Position numbers and translations under genes: made by a program. Shown here piece by piece: positions 4,922 through 7,200 of a DNA stretch of 7,200 nucleotides (position 1 is the first letter of the stretch; the number at the start of each line of letters is the position of its first letter). The stretch is from Histomonas meleagridis 2922-C6/04-290x (taxonomy: Eukaryota; Protista; Parabasalia). Location: positions 1-7,200 of the forward strand of contig JAANOX010000056.1 of assembly GCA_020184695.1 (NCBI GenBank). The letters run 5' to 3'. The notes under the pieces are model-generated. The model did not search any database. It saw nothing but the letters and a program-made list of their open reading frames with translations, and was not told where the DNA came from.

Positions 4922-7200
4922 ATGAAGATAGTTAATGAGCAAGAATACTATGCAGATGATGAAGAAACTTGTACAGATACAGAAGTAGAAGATATAATGC
5001 TTAGACCAAGAACACTAACAGGAGATGAAATAAATTTAATGAGGAATGAAATAAGATTCACATACTACAACTTACCGATAGCAATACGAAATAATATGAA
5101 AAAAAAAGTATTATTTTGTCCATGGTTTCCTTTTTGTACTTGGCAAAACGAAAGCGTTGAAGAATTATTTATACATTTAAACAAGTTTCATAAAGGGAGA
5201 AGAATTGAATTAGCACCATATATGAGATTCAGAGATATAGACATAGTTAATTTACTTAACATTAATAATAATGAAATTGAAGAAAGTGAGGAACCAGGAA
5301 TAATTTTTAATATTAAGTGTCCATTCTGTAATAAAATACAATTAAATAATTCTGATGAATATGGTTTACATCTCACGGATCACGCAAACTCAAATGTTTA
5401 TTATAGTGATATGCTCAGAAAATGTTGTTTTCTTGATGGTTTTCTATTTCTTTTATCCAAAAACAATAAATTCCCAACATTAGGAATTATTACAGGTGAT
5501 AATGATAATCCTAATAACAGACCTAATCCCAATTTAAATTCACAAGATATAAACATTAGAATCCCAAACTTTAAAATATTTCCAGAAGATGTTATAATAC
5601 CACATTTTAATAAAACAACAGAAGAAAATGATATTACAATCCCAGAATTTAATGTTGAAAGATATGAAGAAAATATTCAAGTACCAAAAATAGAAATAAT
5701 AGAAGAGATCAAAAATTTACCGATTCCCAAAATTAATTTTATACAAAAAGATCAATACATTAGGATTCCGAAATTTAATATAAATGAAGAAATTAACAAT
5801 ATTTTATTGCCTAAATATCACAAACAAGATTTCGATATTAATATTCCAATGCCTAAATTTAATTTACAAAATGAAGAGAAAAATATTACTATACCTAAGT
5901 TTAATATTACAGAAAACGAAACAAATATTTCATTACCAAAATATTTTAGACAAGATCTTAATGTTAATATCCCAATCCCAGATTATAAAGTACAGAACGA
6001 AGAGAAAAATGTTATTATACCTAAATTTAACCTTACAGAAAATGAAACAAATATTTCAATACCAAAATATTTTAGACAAGATCTTAATATTAATATCCCA
6101 ATCCCAGACTTTAAAGTTCAAAATGAAGTAAAGAATGTTATTATTCCAAAATATAATCATGCTGAAGAAACAATTGATATTCCAAATCTTAAAATAAATC
6201 AAGTTAATGAAAATATTAATGTCCCTATACCAAACTTTTGTTATTCAGAAAATAAAATTAATATTCCAAAACCCGAAATTAATGTTACGAGTGAAAATAT
6301 TTATATTAAAACACCAAACTTCAATTATATCGATGAAAATAAAACAATAACTATTCCAAATATCAAAGTTAATGAATCGCAAACAAATATTAACATTACA
6401 ATCCCAAAAATTAATTATATTTATAAAGATATTGATATTATTGTACCAAGTGGAAATTATAATTTCATTCAAAGCAAAAATGAAGAAACTAATAAAACAT
6501 CGAATAATAACAAAGTAACTAACTTCAAGGATGATGATGTTAAACAAACAGTAGAAGAATCACAACAAGTAAATCAAAATATCGAAAGCAATAATGAACC
6601 CAATGAGAATACACCACCAAACAACAATAATAATGTTAATATGAATAAAGAAATCATTATACACACGCCAGAAGAACTTTATCTCAACCTTAAAAATATT
6701 AAAACAACATTAGAGTTAAAACAAACAATTGATAAATGGAGAAGTTATAAAATTGATAAAGATCTATTCTTAAATAAAACAGATGAAACAAGAATACCTA
6801 TCATAAATCTAATGTTAGTTTTCGATAAATTCCCAGGTATTGGTCCATTTATTTGCCATAAATGTGATTATCAAGCTTTCAATGCAGTCACCGACTTAAA
6901 GAGGCATGAAAATTCAGCCCATAATGGAAAAAGAAGAAATGGGAATATTATTTATGATTGTTTAGGATCGATATTAAGGAAAAAAACATATTGGATGCAA
7001 TTTGATAAAGGTAATAAACAACTTTCAACTTATCGGAAAACTCTTTATGCATGTCCTTTACATAATTGTAATTATATTACAGATTGTGAAGACACATTTA
7101 ATAACCATATAGTGAAAAGACACTCCAATTATAATGAAGATAAAAGAGATTTTGGATGGATGTGGGCTTTAATTTTAAACTATATTCAAAGATATGATAT
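4922..7200 (+). CDS. Multi-C2H2 zinc-finger protein with a central Ile-Pro repeat region (3'-partial, at least 759 codons); probably the 5' portion of a next retrotransposon copy
   Basis: Manual translation is open from ATG 4922 (frame open from 4829) to the window end; it is absent from the track, presumably because it has no stop. Fingers: C-x5-C-x12-H-x4-H (5117-5191), C-x2-C-x13-H-x3-H (5318-5383), C-x2-C-x13-H-x4-H (6854-6922), C-x4-C-x12-H-x4-H (7052-7123). The retrotransposon assignment is inference. Confidence 0.88.
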   Translation, partial: MKIVNEQEYYADDEETCTDTEVEDIMLRPRTLTGDEINLMRNEIRFTYYNLPIAIRNNMKKKVLFCPWFPFCTWQNESVEELFIHLNKFHKGRRIELAPYMRFRDIDIVNLLNINNNEIEESEEPGIIFNIKCPFCNKIQLNNSDEYGLHLTDHANSNVYYSDMLRKCCFLDGFLFLLSKNNKFPTLGIITGDNDNPNNRPNPNLNSQDINIRIPNFKIFPEDVIIPHFNKTTEENDITIPEFNVERYEENIQVPKIEIIEEIKNLPIPKINFIQKDQYIRIPKFNINEEINNILLPKYHKQDFDINIPMPKFNLQNEEKNITIPKFNITENETNISLPKYFRQDLNVNIPIPDYKVQNEEKNVIIPKFNLTENETNISIPKYFRQDLNINIPIPDFKVQNEVKNVIIPKYNHAEETIDIPNLKINQVNENINVPIPNFCYSENKINIPKPEINVTSENIYIKTPNFNYIDENKTITIPNIKVNESQTNINITIPKINYIYKDIDIIVPSGNYNFIQSKNEETNKTSNNNKVTNFKDDDVKQTVEESQQVNQNIESNNEPNENTPPNNNNNVNMNKEIIIHTPEELYLNLKNIKTTLELKQTIDKWRSYKIDKDLFLNKTDETRIPIINLMLVFDKFPGIGPFICHKCDYQAFNAVTDLKRHENSAHNGKRRNGNIIYDCLGSILRKKTYWMQFDKGNKQLSTYRKTLYACPLHNCNYITDCEDTFNNHIVKRHSNYNEDKRDFGWMWALILNYIQRYD
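5552..6454 (+). repeat. About 22 degenerate protein repeats with core [I/L/V/M]-P-[K/N/D/E/H]-[F/Y/I], period about 12-16 aa
   Basis: Translation: IRIPNFKIFPEDVIIPHFNKTTEENDITIPEFNVERYEENIQVPKIEI...TITIPNIKVNESQTNINITIPKINYIYKDIDIIVPSG. Confidence 0.9.
5765..6160 (+). repeat. 126-bp (42-aa) tandem duplication, about 3 copies, inside the Ile-Pro region
   Basis: QNEEKN/QNEEKN/QNEVKN start at 5867, 5993 and 6119; IPKFNI starts at 5765 and 5891; LPKY starts at 5807 and 5933. All offsets are exactly 126 bp, and copies 5867-5992 and 5993-6118 are highly similar in DNA. Confidence 0.93.

Noticed and set aside
4617-6118. Shared 126-bp period between the 5' repeats (4617 to 4743) and the Ile-Pro duplication
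   Set aside because: The two repeat families share no sequence and the first has only one 126-bp interval (the other is 99 bp), so this is treated as coincidence.
5784-6131. Plus-strand 115-aa ORF in an alternative frame
   Set aside because: It lies inside the long 4922-7200 frame and is open only because the 126-bp repeat propagates a stop-free stretch; it has no recognisable motif.

Overview
Very AT-rich, standard-genetic-code DNA, probably eukaryotic, that is coding on the + strand almost end to end. Positions <1-4429 are the 3' part of a non-LTR retrotransposon with a restriction-like endonuclease (R2/NeSL-type architecture): a C2H2 finger, a basic helical region, a complete reverse transcriptase (YADD at 2141-2152), a CCHC knuckle, a PD-(D/E)xK endonuclease and an acidic-then-basic tail of about 200 aa. 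Its frame is broken only by three clustered +1 shifts at 1258-1344. About 60 nt after the stop, with no poly(A), a second + strand coding region begins. It has three Ser/Thr-rich 66-bp repeats whose differences are mostly synonymous but no in-frame AUG upstream of them. After a -1 frame change (an in-frame G GGA AAT heptamer is present) it continues as an ORF missing from the ORF track, 4922 to the window end (at least 759 codons). That ORF encodes four C2H2 fingers in two pairs separated by about 22 Ile-Pro repeats, including a 126-bp (3 x 14 aa) higher-order duplication. The simplest reading is a head-to-tail tandem of a long (>7 kb) multi-zinc-finger RLE retrotransposon, but the window contains no overlap that proves it.
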